Source of the DNA: Myxococcota bacterium
GTDB lineage: Bacteria > Myxococcota_A > UBA796 > CAJQPC01
Assembly: GCA_036229005.1 (NCBI GenBank)
Contig: JAZAMN010000049.1
Coordinates: forward strand, 32,001 to 96,000
DNA: 64,000 nucleotides
Direction: 5' to 3'
Shown piece after piece: positions 47,150 through 57,713 of the stretch. Below the pieces are notes generated by a model that saw nothing but the letters and a program-made list of their open reading frames with translations, did no database searches and was not told the origin of the DNA. A program made the translations under genes and the position numbers. Each line of letters starts with the position of its first letter. Positions within the stretch are counted from its first letter, which is position 1.

Positions 47150-49027
47150 TCAACGCCCGAGCTTCTTGCGCAGGACCCGCACCCTGGCGGCGACATCCTT
47201 GGCCCGCCAGGTGCGGTCGAGATCGTGGATCTGCTTGAGGCTGCGCAGCGCGAGCTTGGCCTTGCCCGCCCGGCCCGCCAGATCCGCGAGCTCGAAGGTT
47301 GCCTCCATCCAGCCCGGCTCCGACTCGTCGGCCTCGTCCAGCTCGTCCCGGAGCTCCCCCAGGGCGCCGCTCAGATCCCCCAGCTCCCGCTGACAGCGAG
47401 CGCGCAGCGCCGCGGCCTCCAGCCCAGAGACACCCTCCAGCGCCTGACGTGCATCGGCGAACTCTCCCATGCCCATCAGCCCCCGCGCCTCGTCCATCTG
47501 GGCCTGGGGGTCCACCGCCGGTTCGTCGTCGTCCAGATCGTCCAGGCCCGCGAAGGGATCCATGTCGTCCGGGTCGATCTCCGCCAGCGTGCCGTCCCCT
47601 ACCCCCGCGAAGGGGTCACCCGGGTCACCGAAGGGGTCACTGAGCCCCCCAGCATCCCCGAAGGGGTCCAGCTCGTCCTGGGAGGGAGGAGGAGGCGCGT
47701 AGGCCCTCTCAGTGCGCTTCTGCACCGCCTGAGCTGGGGCCGCCGCCATGGGCGGCTCGGTGTCCTCGTCATCGATCAACTCGTCTTCATCGTCGAGGTC
47801 AGGCTCTGCCTGGGCGACAGGCGCCGCGATGCCCAGACGGTGTAGGCAGATCTCCGCGCGCTCCCGGTCCTCTTGAGGACAGCCCTCGAAGAAGCGCATG
47901 CCCAGACGCTGCGCCGTCTTGTCGTCGCCCTCGAGCAGCGCGACCTCGGCACGCCAAGCCAGCAGCGCGAGATCCTGGGGGTGCTCGGTGCGCGCCTGGT
48001 CCAGCACGGAGGCCGCGCGGTCCACAAAGCCGTAGCGCACGAACACCTCTGCCTGGACGCAGGGGCGCCCCACCTCGTTGTCGGCGGGCTTGGCGCTCTC
48101 CAGGTCGTACAGACGCAGCTCAGCGCGCTCCAGGGCCTGCTGTGCCCGCCCCAGCGCCTGCCCCACGTCCCCACCCGCCCGCTGGGCGCGCTCAAGGGTC
48201 GCCACCCAAGCCCGGGGGTCATCCTGCTGCTCATGGACCGCAGCGAGCGCCGTCAGCACACGCAGGGCCTTGGGGTGGTCCCCCACGTGCTCAAAGCAGC
48301 GCGCCATCAGGTCCAGCACCACCGGGTCGCTGGGATTCTCGGCGAAAGCAGGCTGCAGGTGCTGCAGCGCCGTCTGCACATCGTCGATGGCCAAGGAGGC
48401 CTCGGCGGCGGCTTGAAGCAGCTCGGAGTCCCCGGGCTTGAGCTCCAGCGCGCGCACCGCGAGCCTGCCCATCTCCTCCATCTGGCCGCGCTGCCGGTAG
48501 AAGCGCATCCCGCGCTCGTAATAGCTGTAGGCCCGCTTGATCATGTTCTGGGCCACCAGGCCCTCGGCGATCTCCTGGATGAAGGGGATGTCCGACGGGT
48601 CCATGGCAAGGCGCATGTCGGCGAAGCTCAGGGCGGTCTCGATGTCCTGCCGCTGCAGCGTTCGCCAGGCCTTCTCCAGCAGCGGCCGCGCCTCCTTGAG
48701 GCGGCCCAGGTTCCGGTACGCCTCGCCGAGACGGCCGGTCACCTCGCTGTCATCCGGCGCCAGACGCTTGACCTGCAACAGCACGGCCACCAGCGCGCGG
48801 TGGTTGCCGTCGTGGCGGTAGACCTTGACGAGTTGGCGGTACTGTTTCTCGGCGTCGCGCTCGCGGCCATCCTTGAGCAGCACCTCGGCCAGCTTCTGGC
48901 GGATGCGCCGATCCCGCGGGTCGAGCCGCAGGATCTGGGTGTAGGTGCGCGTCGCACGGTCAAACTGGTTGCGGGAGAGCTCGCGCAGGGCGCGTTGCTC
49001 CAGCTCGTTGCGATCCAGGTCTGCCAA
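47150..49027 (-). CDS. Multi-TPR protein with acidic DPF-rich linker; candidate SgmX-like pilus regulator
   Basis: N-terminal TPR array, acidic linker, C-terminal TPR; GGAGG plus TTG start; lies downstream of accBC in the pil locus. Confidence 0.75.
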   Translation of the reverse strand: MADLDRNELEQRALRELSRNQFDRATRTYTQILRLDPRDRRIRQKLAEVLLKDGRERDAEKQYRQLVKVYRHDGNHRALVAVLLQVKRLAPDDSEVTGRLGEAYRNLGRLKEARPLLEKAWRTLQRQDIETALSFADMRLAMDPSDIPFIQEIAEGLVAQNMIKRAYSYYERGMRFYRQRGQMEEMGRLAVRALELKPGDSELLQAAAEASLAIDDVQTALQHLQPAFAENPSDPVVLDLMARCFEHVGDHPKALRVLTALAAVHEQQDDPRAWVATLERAQRAGGDVGQALGRAQQALERAELRLYDLESAKPADNEVGRPCVQAEVFVRYGFVDRAASVLDQARTEHPQDLALLAWRAEVALLEGDDKTAQRLGMRFFEGCPQEDRERAEICLHRLGIAAPVAQAEPDLDDEDELIDDEDTEPPMAAAPAQAVQKRTERAYAPPPPSQDELDPFGDAGGLSDPFGDPGDPFAGVGDGTLAEIDPDDMDPFAGLDDLDDDEPAVDPQAQMDEARGLMGMGEFADARQALEGVSGLEAAALRARCQRELGDLSGALGELRDELDEADESEPGWMEATFELADLAGRAGKAKLALRSLKQIHDLDRTWRAKDVAARVRVLRKKLGR

Positions 49028-49114
49028 CTGCAGCCTCCGTGCCCGGGGAAAGTGCCCTCACCGGGGAGGCGATCATGCCACAACCTGGGGGCCGGCGAAC
49101 CGGCCCCGCAGGGC

Positions 49115-50476
49115 TCAGCCTTCCTCGCGCCGGCGCGCCAGGTAGGCGTCGAGGGTCTTTGTGGTCATGGTGCCGGCCACGAAGTCCGGGTGGTTCAGCA
49201 GCTCCTTGTGCAGCGGGATCGTGGTGCGGATCCCCTCCACCACCGACTCCGCGAGCGCGCCCCGGAGCTTGGCCAAGGCCTGCTCGCGGGTGGGGGCCCA
49301 GGCGATCAGCTTGGCCACCATGGAGTCGTAGTAGGGCTGCACCATTGCGTGCTCGTGCACTGCGGAGTCGATCCGGATGCCGGGCCCACCAGGGAGGAAC
49401 AGGGCCGTCACCAGGCCCGGGCTGGGCACGTGGGTGAAGGGATCCTCCGCGTTGATCCGCGCCTCGATGGCGTGGCCACGGACGACCACGTCCTCCTGCT
49501 TGACGGGCATGTGCTCGCCGGCGGCGACCTTGAGCTGGAGCTGGATGAGGTCGATGCCGGTGACCAGCTCGGTGACCGGGTGCTCCACCTGGATGCGGGG
49601 GTTGACCTCCAGGAAGAAGAACTCGTCCCCATCCACCAGGAACTCGACGGTCCCGACGGTGTGATAGCCGACACTCTGCACCAGGTTCACGGCGGCCTCG
49701 CGGATCCGCTCCACGAGCCCATCGGGCAGCGCGGGCGCGGGCGCCTCCTCCAGCACCTTCTGGTGGCGCCGCTGCATGGAGCAGTCGCGCTCAGCGAGGT
49801 GGATCGCGTTCCCGTGCATGTCACCGGCCACCTGCACCTCGATGTGGCGCGGACGGCGCAGGAAGCGCTCGATGAACACCTCGCCGTTGCCGAAGGCCGC
49901 CAGGGCCTCGGTGCTGGTGAGGGTGAACACCCGGTGCAGCATCTCCTCGCTCTCGACCACGCGCATGCCCTTGCCGCCGCCACCAGCGGCCGCCTTGAGC
50001 ATCACGGGGTAGCCGACCTTGGCGGCGACCTCAGCGGCCTCCTCAGCGGTGGCCACCGAGCCGGTGGAGCCAGGGATCAGGGGCAACCCGGCCTCTCGGG
50101 CTGCGGCCTTGGCGCTCAGCTTGTCGCCGAAGGTCTTGAGCAGCTCCGGGCGGGGCCCCACAAAGGTCATGCCGTGGCTCTCGACCACCCGGGCGAACTG
50201 GGCGTTCTCAGCCAGGAAGCCGTAGCCGGGGTGCACGGCGTCAGCCCCGGTGATGTCGGCCGCGGAGATGACGTTGGAGACCTTGAGGTAGCTCTCGGTC
50301 GCCTGGGGCGGGCCGATGCACACGGACTCGTCAGCGAAGCGGACGTGCAGCGCGTTGGCGTCACACTGGGAGTACACCGCGACGGTGCGGATGCCGAGCT
50401 CACGGCAAGCGCGGATCACGCGCAGGGCGATTTCGCCCCGGTTCGCGATGAGGACCTTCTCGAAAGGCGCGCTCAC
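49115..50476 (-). CDS. accC: Acetyl-CoA carboxylase biotin carboxylase
   Basis: IANRGEIA, HPGYGFLAEN, GGGGKGMR, RDCSMQRRHQK, RIQVEH. Confidence 0.97.
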   Translation of the reverse strand: MSAPFEKVLIANRGEIALRVIRACRELGIRTVAVYSQCDANALHVRFADESVCIGPPQATESYLKVSNVISAADITGADAVHPGYGFLAENAQFARVVESHGMTFVGPRPELLKTFGDKLSAKAAAREAGLPLIPGSTGSVATAEEAAEVAAKVGYPVMLKAAAGGGGKGMRVVESEEMLHRVFTLTSTEALAAFGNGEVFIERFLRRPRHIEVQVAGDMHGNAIHLAERDCSMQRRHQKVLEEAPAPALPDGLVERIREAAVNLVQSVGYHTVGTVEFLVDGDEFFFLEVNPRIQVEHPVTELVTGIDLIQLQLKVAAGEHMPVKQEDVVVRGHAIEARINAEDPFTHVPSPGLVTALFLPGGPGIRIDSAVHEHAMVQPYYDSMVAKLIAWAPTREQALAKLRGALAESVVEGIRTTIPLHKELLNHPDFVAGTMTTKTLDAYLARRREEG

Positions 50477-50480
50477 GGGA

Positions 50481-50939
<459 letters not shown>

Positions 50940-50984
50940 GTAGGGCCTCCAGGGAGCGGAAGCTATCGGGTCCGCTCCCCAAGC

Positions 50985-51452
50985 TCAAGCCCGGGGAGCC
51001 CCCAGGCTTCGGACCAGGCCCTCGAGCCCCAGGCGGTAGCTGTCCAGGCCAAAGCCCAGCACCTGCCCAGACGCCAGATCCGCCAGCAGGCTGCGGTGCC
51101 TGAAGGACTCCCGCGCGTGGACGTTGGAGATGTGGACCTCGACGAAGGGCAGATCGCTGCCGGCGAGGGCATCCCTCAGAGCGACGGAGGTGTGGGTGAA
51201 GCCCCCGGGGTTGATCAAGATCCCCGCGATCCCCTCATCCATCGCCTGGTGGATGCGGTCTATCAGCCCCCCCTCGTGGTTGGATTGGAAGTGCGACAGA
51301 CGCACCCCCAGCGCCTGGGCCTGCACGTCGAGCTGGGCCTGGAGCTCCCCGAGCGTCGTGTGCCCGTAGGTCTCCGGCTCCCGACGCCCCAGAAGGTTCA
51401 GGTTGGGGCCCTGGAGCACCAGGATGTGCAGGGACTCAGGCCCCATTGTCAT
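50985..51452 (-). CDS. aroQ: Type II 3-dehydroquinate dehydratase
   Basis: [10 protein letters not shown]...[23 protein letters not shown]. Confidence 0.96.
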   Translation of the reverse strand: MTMGPESLHILVLQGPNLNLLGRREPETYGHTTLGELQAQLDVQAQALGVRLSHFQSNHEGGLIDRIHQAMDEGIAGILINPGGFTHTSVALRDALAGSDLPFVEVHISNVHARESFRHRSLLADLASGQVLGFGLDSYRLGLEGLVRSLGAPRA

Positions 51453-52008
51453 CCGGGCTGAACGTCACCACCGCGGTGCTGTAGGTGATGGAGGTGGTCA
51501 GGAAGACCGCCGTGAACCCGGTGTCGGTGGTGGGGAAGGCGTCCACGTAGACCCAGACGCGGGCGATGCCGTGCCGGTCGGTCTTGCCGATCCCGTAGTT
51601 CGGCTTGTACTCCCCGACGTAGCTGGGGGAGAGCTCGAAGTACATCTCGGAGTCCAGGTCGTACCAGGCGCAGAGCTCGGCGTCGTAGCTCTCGGACGAC
51701 AGGTCGCAGTCGGCCCCTTCTGCGTCGGGGTCCGGAGCGTCGACCTCGCGGATGGCGGCCTCGGGGAGCAGGTACATGCCGCCCCACTCCGAGGTGAACT
51801 CCACCTCGATGTCGCTCATGGGGATGCCCTCGTTGTCGAGGACCATGGCGTCGATGGCGAGCAGATAGCCGACACCATCGTTCAGGATCCCCGCAGAGCC
51901 CGCGACCAGGTTGTACTCGTCCGGCGTGGGATCGATGGTGGCGTCTGCGGGCGCAGGGTGCCCGGTCTCAGGCACGCAGGCCAGCGCGGAGAGGAGCAGG
52001 ATGGACAT
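51436..52008 (-). CDS. Hypothetical lipoprotein with an Ig-like (Big_1-like) signature
   Basis: [11 protein letters not shown] lipobox; [16 protein letters not shown]...TDRHGIARV; overlaps both aroB and aroQ. Confidence 0.75.
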   Translation of the reverse strand: MSILLLSALACVPETGHPAPADATIDPTPDEYNLVAGSAGILNDGVGYLLAIDAMVLDNEGIPMSDIEVEFTSEWGGMYLLPEAAIREVDAPDPDAEGADCDLSSESYDAELCAWYDLDSEMYFELSPSYVGEYKPNYGIGKTDRHGIARVWVYVDAFPTTDTGFTAVFLTTSITYSTAVVTFSPDDNGA

Positions 52009-53093
52009 CAGACCTCCAAGGGCAGCACCGCGCGGGCGCCAATCAGAAGCTCAGCAGGGGTAACAGCGGTCAGCGAGACCTTGCCTGGCGCGCAGGGAAG
52101 GGCGGCTGTCAAGATACCACGCGCGCGCTTCTTGTCGTGCTGCGTGGCCTGGACGAGCGCCTGGGCAGGGACGGAATCCGGGGAGCGGAGCGGCAGACCG
52201 AGGGCCACACAGAGGGCCTCGATGCGCTCCGGAAAGCCCGCCTCCGCGAGCCCCATCGCCACCGCCATGTGCGCCTCGGCGACCATCCCCACCGCGACGG
52301 CCTCGCCGTGCCGCAGCCTGCCGTACCCCAGCTCCCGCTCCAGCGCGTGCCCGAGGGTGTGCCCACAGTTCAGGATGGCCCGCAGCCCCCCCTCGCGCTC
52401 ATCCCGACGCACGATGTCCGCCTTGTAGGCGCAGCACCTTGCGACAGCATGCGCGAGCGCGTCCGGGTCCCGGCCAACCAGCTCCGCGGCCTTGCTCTCC
52501 AGCCAGCCCAGGAAGCCTTCACCCTCCAGGACCGCGTGCTTGAGGACCTCGCCCAGACCGCAGCGCAGCTCGGCGGGCTCCAGGGTCCCCAGGGTGTCCA
52601 GCGCCGCGTGCACCAGGATGGGCTGGTAGAAGGCCCCCACCAGGTTCTTGCCCCGCTCGGTGTTCACGCCGGTCTTGCCGCCGACGGAGGCATCGACCAT
52701 CGCCAGCAGCGTGGTCGGCACCTGCACAAAGGGGACGCCGCGCATGGTGCTGGCCGCAGCGAACCCGACGATGTCCCCCGTCACGCCGCCGCCCAGCGAG
52801 ATCACGGGCGTCTTGCGGTCCACCCCGAGCGCCAGCAGACGGTGCACCAGGTCCTGCCAGGTGGCCAGCGTCTTGTTGACCTCGCCGTCGGGGATGATCT
52901 CCAGGGAAGCCTGAAAGCCCGCCTGCTCCAGAGAGGTGAGGGCGGCCCGTGCGTACAGCGGCCCCACCACCTCGTTGCTGACCAGAACACAGGGACCGGG
53001 CGCCGTGACGGCAGCGAGCTTGCCCCCGAGCTCCGAGAGGGCCCCCATCTCCAGGGGGTAGCTGCGCGCTCCAAGCTCGACGGTCAGGCCCAT
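52008..53093 (-). CDS. aroB: 3-dehydroquinate synthase
   Basis: GGGVTGD, RGVPFVQVPTTLLAMVDASVGGKTG, LNCGHT, HGEAV. Confidence 0.96.
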   Translation of the reverse strand: MGLTVELGARSYPLEMGALSELGGKLAAVTAPGPCVLVSNEVVGPLYARAALTSLEQAGFQASLEIIPDGEVNKTLATWQDLVHRLLALGVDRKTPVISLGGGVTGDIVGFAAASTMRGVPFVQVPTTLLAMVDASVGGKTGVNTERGKNLVGAFYQPILVHAALDTLGTLEPAELRCGLGEVLKHAVLEGEGFLGWLESKAAELVGRDPDALAHAVARCCAYKADIVRRDEREGGLRAILNCGHTLGHALERELGYGRLRHGEAVAVGMVAEAHMAVAMGLAEAGFPERIEALCVALGLPLRSPDSVPAQALVQATQHDKKRARGILTAALPCAPGKVSLTAVTPAELLIGARAVLPLEV

Positions 53094-53596
53094 TTGTGCT
53101 CCAGCACCGCCTGCACGAGCGCCGCGGTGTCCTGGCGGGCGTCCAATCGCAGATCCGCCTGCGCGTACGCCGCCTGCCGTCGCTCATAGCGCGCCCGGAG
53201 CTGAGGATCCGCCGCCAAGGGCCGACCGCTCCCCTCCCCCATCCGCTCCAGGGAGAGGGAGAAGGGCAGGTCCAGCCAGACCACGTGGCCCCACCGCTTG
53301 AGCAACTGGAGGTTCTCAGGCCGCTCAACCACACCCCCGCCGCAAGCGAGGACATGCGCGCCCCGACCCAAGACCTGCCCGAGCACCCGGGACTCCAGGT
53401 CACGGAACCCGGGCTCACCGTGCTGGGCGAAGATCTCGGGGATGCTGCACCCGGCGGCCGACTCGATCTCGGCGTCCAGATCCACAAACCCCAGGCCGAG
53501 GACCTGGGCCAGCGGAGGCCCCAGCGTCGACTTTCCAGCCGCCATGAAGCCAATGAGGGCGAGCGCCTCCGCGTGTGCGGGGACGCCGGACATCAC
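53084..53596 (-). CDS. aroK: Shikimate kinase
   Basis: GFMAAGKST, DLD, GEPGFR.LE, GGG, RPL. Confidence 0.93.
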   Translation of the reverse strand: MMSGVPAHAEALALIGFMAAGKSTLGPPLAQVLGLGFVDLDAEIESAAGCSIPEIFAQHGEPGFRDLESRVLGQVLGRGAHVLACGGGVVERPENLQLLKRWGHVVWLDLPFSLSLERMGEGSGRPLAADPQLRARYERRQAAYAQADLRLDARQDTAALVQAVLEHKWA

Positions 53597-55956
53597 TCGG
53601 AGCGACGGACGATGCTGGGGGTCACGAAGACCAGCATCTCCTGCCGGGCGGTGGAGGTGTTCTTGTTGCGGAACAGGACCCCCAGCACCGGGATGCGGCC
53701 GAAGAAGGGGATGCGCGTGGTGGAGAAGCTCTCCTCGGACGCGAACACGCCGCCGATGACCATGGTGTCGCTGTCCGCGACCAGGAGCTGGGTCTGGGCC
53801 TCCTTGATCACGATGGCCGGCTGACCCTGCACCGCCTGGGAGAAGTCCGGGCGGTTGTTGGACACGTCGATGTCCATGAAGATCTTGCCGTCCGAGGTGA
53901 TGTGCGGACGCACCGTCAGCACCAGGGCGGCCTCGATGAACTGCACCTGCGTGCCGCCCGCCGAGGTCGACAGGAAGGGCACGCGGGCGCCCTGCCGGAT
54001 GGTGGCTTCGACGTTGTCCAGGGTGGTGACCCGGGGGGCGGAGATGATCTCACCCCAGCCCTCGGCCTCCATGGCGCTCAGGCGCGCGTCGATGTCGATG
54101 AGACCGGGGATGCTGCCCAGGCTCAGGGCCAGCGAGCCGGCCTCACTGTCGGAGGCCAGGTCCACCGCCAGGTTGTCCTGGTCGGGTGAGTAGAACAGCG
54201 CGGTGTTCTGGCCGGTGTTCTGCTGGACGGAGCCGCCGGAGATCCCGATGTTGTTCGGGAAGAAGAGGCCGGTGCCGTAGCCGGTCATGCCGCTGGCATC
54301 GAGCTCACCGCCCCACTGGACACCCAAGCCCTGGGTGTAGCTGGAGGTGGCCTCGACGATGCGGGCCTCGATCAGCACCTGGGGGGTCTGGCGGTCGATG
54401 TGCCGGATCAGCTCGCGGATCTGGGCGAGGCGGTCTTCGGTCTCCTTCACGATGAGCTGGTTGGAGCGGGAGTCGATCTCCACGCTGCCCCGGGTGCTCA
54501 GCATGGACTCGACCTGACCGGTGACCTCGCCGGCCTGGGCGTAGTTCAGGGGCACCACCAGGACCTTGAGGGGCGTCAGATCCTCCCGGGCCTTCTGGGC
54601 CTCGAGGGCGGCCTGCTGCTCGGCCTTGATGACCTCGATCGGCGCGACGCGGACGATGTTCCCGAAGCGCTGCGCGCCCAGGGACTTGGACTGGAGGATG
54701 GCCGCGAAGGCCTGGTCCCAGGGGACGTCCTCCAGGGTCATGGTCACGGTGCCCTGGACGTCATCGCCGGCGACGATGTTGAGGCCGGAGACGTGGTGGA
54801 TCAGGCGGAAGACGGAGTGGATGTCCGCCTCGACCAGGTCCAGGTTGATGCGCCGGCCGTTGTACATGGACGCCGACGCGCTGGTCGAGTCGAACATGAA
54901 GCCGTTCGAGGTGCCCTGGAAGGCCCCAGGCGCGCTGGAGCCCCCGCCGCTGCCCCACACCTGCGAGGGGTTGGCGGTCTGGCCGCTCTCGCCGATGAGG
55001 GTCTCGGAGGTCGAGTAGCCAGTGACGCCCTGATCGCCGGTCTGGCCGGGGGTCGCGGGGCTGACGCTCAGGCCGGACTGCATGGCGAGCGCCCGGTCCT
55101 GCTGCATCTCGGCGGGGATCGCGACGTCCAGGTAGACCAGGTTGTCCGGGCCGTTGGAGACGGTCCAGTCAGCGCTCGAGGTGTTCAGGCTGATGGCCAC
55201 GCGCACCATGCCCGCGCGGGGGGAGTACGCGCGCACCATCTGCACGGGGGAGATGAACTGAGAGGTGTCCAGCACCCGCCCCAGCGAGGACGGCAAGCGC
55301 GCGCTGGGGAAGTCGACGACCAGCAGGTTGGGCTCGGGCTGGCTGGTGGTGTAGTCCATGCCAGGAGCGGTGCCGATGACCACGCGGGCCATGGTGTCGG
55401 TGTGCTCGTAGTCCAGGGAGCGGAGCGCGTTGCTCTGGGCGTCGATGGGGCCGGAGACCGCGCCGGGGGCCTGCCCGCGGTTGAGGTCGTCGTCCAGGGA
55501 GCTGTCGCTGCTGGAGGAGGCGAGGAGCGGATCCACGCTGTCCGACGCGATGGGGGTCAACCGAACCGCCACGTCGCCGCCGACCATCTCGACGAACACG
55601 TCCACCTGCGAGGCCTGGGTGTTCAGCGCGATGATCGCCTTGACGCCGTCCGCGCCGAAGGCCTCGAAGGAGACGCCCTGCACGAGGCCGCTGCCAGAGA
55701 CCGGCGCGAGGCTCTGCATGGAGACGCCGGTGATCTCGACGACGACCTTGTTCCCATCCTTGAAGTGGGAGTGGGTCGCGGCGTCGAGGTCCTCCTCGAA
55801 GCTCACCAGGACCTCGCTGGCGTCACCGCTGACCGAGATCTCGGCGGCGCTCAGGTTGGGAGCCTGTTGGGCGAGCAGAGGGGTCGCCAGCAGCGCGAGG
55901 GTGCTGAGGGTTGCCCCGAGGGCCAAGCGGTTGGCGGTTCTGCGGAATGCGGACAT
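53593..55956 (-). CDS. pilQ: Type IV pilus secretin with AMIN domains
   Basis: Signal peptide, AMIN-like regions, VPWDQA, QVLIEARIVE, IPVLGVLF, FVTP. Confidence 0.95.
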   Translation of the reverse strand: MSAFRRTANRLALGATLSTLALLATPLLAQQAPNLSAAEISVSGDASEVLVSFEEDLDAATHSHFKDGNKVVVEITGVSMQSLAPVSGSGLVQGVSFEAFGADGVKAIIALNTQASQVDVFVEMVGGDVAVRLTPIASDSVDPLLASSSSDSSLDDDLNRGQAPGAVSGPIDAQSNALRSLDYEHTDTMARVVIGTAPGMDYTTSQPEPNLLVVDFPSARLPSSLGRVLDTSQFISPVQMVRAYSPRAGMVRVAISLNTSSADWTVSNGPDNLVYLDVAIPAEMQQDRALAMQSGLSVSPATPGQTGDQGVTGYSTSETLIGESGQTANPSQVWGSGGGSSAPGAFQGTSNGFMFDSTSASASMYNGRRINLDLVEADIHSVFRLIHHVSGLNIVAGDDVQGTVTMTLEDVPWDQAFAAILQSKSLGAQRFGNIVRVAPIEVIKAEQQAALEAQKAREDLTPLKVLVVPLNYAQAGEVTGQVESMLSTRGSVEIDSRSNQLIVKETEDRLAQIRELIRHIDRQTPQVLIEARIVEATSSYTQGLGVQWGGELDASGMTGYGTGLFFPNNIGISGGSVQQNTGQNTALFYSPDQDNLAVDLASDSEAGSLALSLGSIPGLIDIDARLSAMEAEGWGEIISAPRVTTLDNVEATIRQGARVPFLSTSAGGTQVQFIEAALVLTVRPHITSDGKIFMDIDVSNNRPDFSQAVQGQPAIVIKEAQTQLLVADSDTMVIGGVFASEESFSTTRIPFFGRIPVLGVLFRNKNTSTARQEMLVFVTPSIVRRSE

Positions 55957-55978
55957 GGGTGCTCCACGCGGGCTTTTG

Positions 55979-56509
55979 CTAGAGCTCGAGCTCGTCGACC
56001 GGAAGGTCCAGGGTCAGCTGGTTGGTCACCAGCTCCCCGTCGATGTTCTGGAACTCCTCGGTGATGACCACCGAGGTGCTGGTGATGGCGGTGACCTTGC
56101 CCCAGTTCTTGCCGATGTAGGTGCCGTTCTGGACGACGTGCCCGGTGCCTTCCGGGTCCTCCAGCATGGCCTTGGGCTGGCTCACACCCCAGACGATCGC
56201 GGTCACGACGTACTGGTCGACCTCGAAGCGCTGGAGCGGGGTGGGGTTGGTGATGCCCCCATCGTCGGCGCCCTGGAAGAAGCTGCGGAAGGGATCCCGC
56301 TTGCCGATGGGGTTGTAGGTGTACGCGGGGGCGTCCATGTCCGCGAGGGGGTCCGCCCCGCCGGCATCCGCGCCACCACCGACCGCGTTTCCTGCAGCCC
56401 GCCGAGGTCCGGGGGGCTGGGGCGCGGTGATGTTGCCTCCGGAGCCGGAGCTGTCGGACTCGCAGGCGATGAGGCCCAGGAGCAGGGAGAGGGAGATCAG
56501 GGTTCGCAT
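55979..56509 (-). CDS. pilP: Type IV pilus lipoprotein PilP
   Basis: LIAC lipobox, YNPIGKRDPF, PLQRF, GTYIGKNWG. Confidence 0.92.
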   Translation of the reverse strand: MRTLISLSLLLGLIACESDSSGSGGNITAPQPPGPRRAAGNAVGGGADAGGADPLADMDAPAYTYNPIGKRDPFRSFFQGADDGGITNPTPLQRFEVDQYVVTAIVWGVSQPKAMLEDPEGTGHVVQNGTYIGKNWGKVTAITSTSVVITEEFQNIDGELVTNQLTLDLPVDELEL

Positions 56510-57141
56510 CAGCCGCTCCCCTCCTTGCCGCCCTTGCCCTTCTGCCCGCTCTGGCGAGCGATCTCGTCGTCGGAGAGGAAGCGGAAGGTGACGGCGGTAC
56601 CGGTGACCTTGACGTAGACCTTCCCGCCGCGCTCGTCCGGGTCGGCGAGCTCGACGTTCTGGACGTAGACAATGCGGTCCAGCTTGGCGAGGCGGTCGAA
56701 GAACATCGCCACCTCGTGGAAGGACCCGTAGACCTCGAGCTCGACGGGGACCTCCGCGTAGTACTGGCGGGGGACCTCGGCCATGGTCTTGAACTTGCGA
56801 ATCTCCAGGCCGCTGCGGCGTCCCTCGTTGGAGATGCGGCGCACGAGCTCCGGGATCTCCTTCTGGTCGGGGAGCTGACGCAGGGCCTGGCTGAGCTCGT
56901 TGTTGAGCTCGAGCAGCTCGGCCTCGAAGGCGTCGCGGTTCTCCGCGCGAGCCTTGACCTTGGCCTTCTCATCCTCCAACTGGACCTGCCGGTCCTGGAG
57001 CTGGGCGATGTCGTCGCGCTTGGGCGAATAGAGCAGGAACCAGTAGCCGGCCAGGATGCCGATGATCAGCAGCGCGTAGAGCGCCAGACGCTGAGATCGC
57101 GGCGTGGCCGCCAGCTTGTCGAGGAGGTCGGTCGCGTTCAC
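56509..57141 (-). CDS. pilO: Type IV pilus protein PilO
   Basis: TM helix plus coiled coil, LPDQKEIP, YAEVPV, GSFHEV. Confidence 0.92.
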   Translation of the reverse strand: MNATDLLDKLAATPRSQRLALYALLIIGILAGYWFLLYSPKRDDIAQLQDRQVQLEDEKAKVKARAENRDAFEAELLELNNELSQALRQLPDQKEIPELVRRISNEGRRSGLEIRKFKTMAEVPRQYYAEVPVELEVYGSFHEVAMFFDRLAKLDRIVYVQNVELADPDERGGKVYVKVTGTAVTFRFLSDDEIARQSGQKGKGGKEGSG

Positions 57142-57713
57142 AGGCCTTCCTCCTGCTGCTCGTCACTGAGGGCCGGCACGACCACGCGGGTGGTCGCGAC
57201 GAAGCGCTTGAGCTTGTACCCGTCCTGGTCGACCTGATCGATCCCGTCGAGCTCGACGTCCTTGAACCACGCGGAGCGCTCCAGGTTGGTCAGGAACTGC
57301 GCGACGACCTCGTAGGAGACCGCCAGGCCGGACAGCTCGATGTTGCCGCCGCGCTCCTTGAGGCCCGTGATGGTGAGCTTCTCGGGGGTCGCGAGGCTGA
57401 GCTCATCCAGCATGTGGACGGGGCCTTCCTGGCCGGCCTTGAGGCGGCGGATGACGTCCAGCTTGCGGTTGTACTCTTCCTTCTTGCGCTCGAACTCGTC
57501 GACCTCGACCACGATGGCCTTGAGGTTGTCGATCTCCGTCTGGAGCTGCTGGTTCTCAGCGCTGAGGGTGGAGGCCTGGGAGCCCACCACAACATAGAGC
57601 CCGCCCAGCGCCAGCACCACGACACCCAGCGCGAGGCCGGCCAGAGCCAGCTCCTGCTTGACGGCGTCCAGGCGCGCGGTCGCGCGAACGGGGAGGAGGT
57701 TGATGCGAATCAT
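57138..57713 (-). CDS. pilN: Type IV pilus protein PilN
   Basis: MIRINLLP N-terminal motif, TM helix, coiled coil. Confidence 0.93.
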   Translation of the reverse strand: MIRINLLPVRATARLDAVKQELALAGLALGVVVLALGGLYVVVGSQASTLSAENQQLQTEIDNLKAIVVEVDEFERKKEEYNRKLDVIRRLKAGQEGPVHMLDELSLATPEKLTITGLKERGGNIELSGLAVSYEVVAQFLTNLERSAWFKDVELDGIDQVDQDGYKLKRFVATTRVVVPALSDEQQEEGL

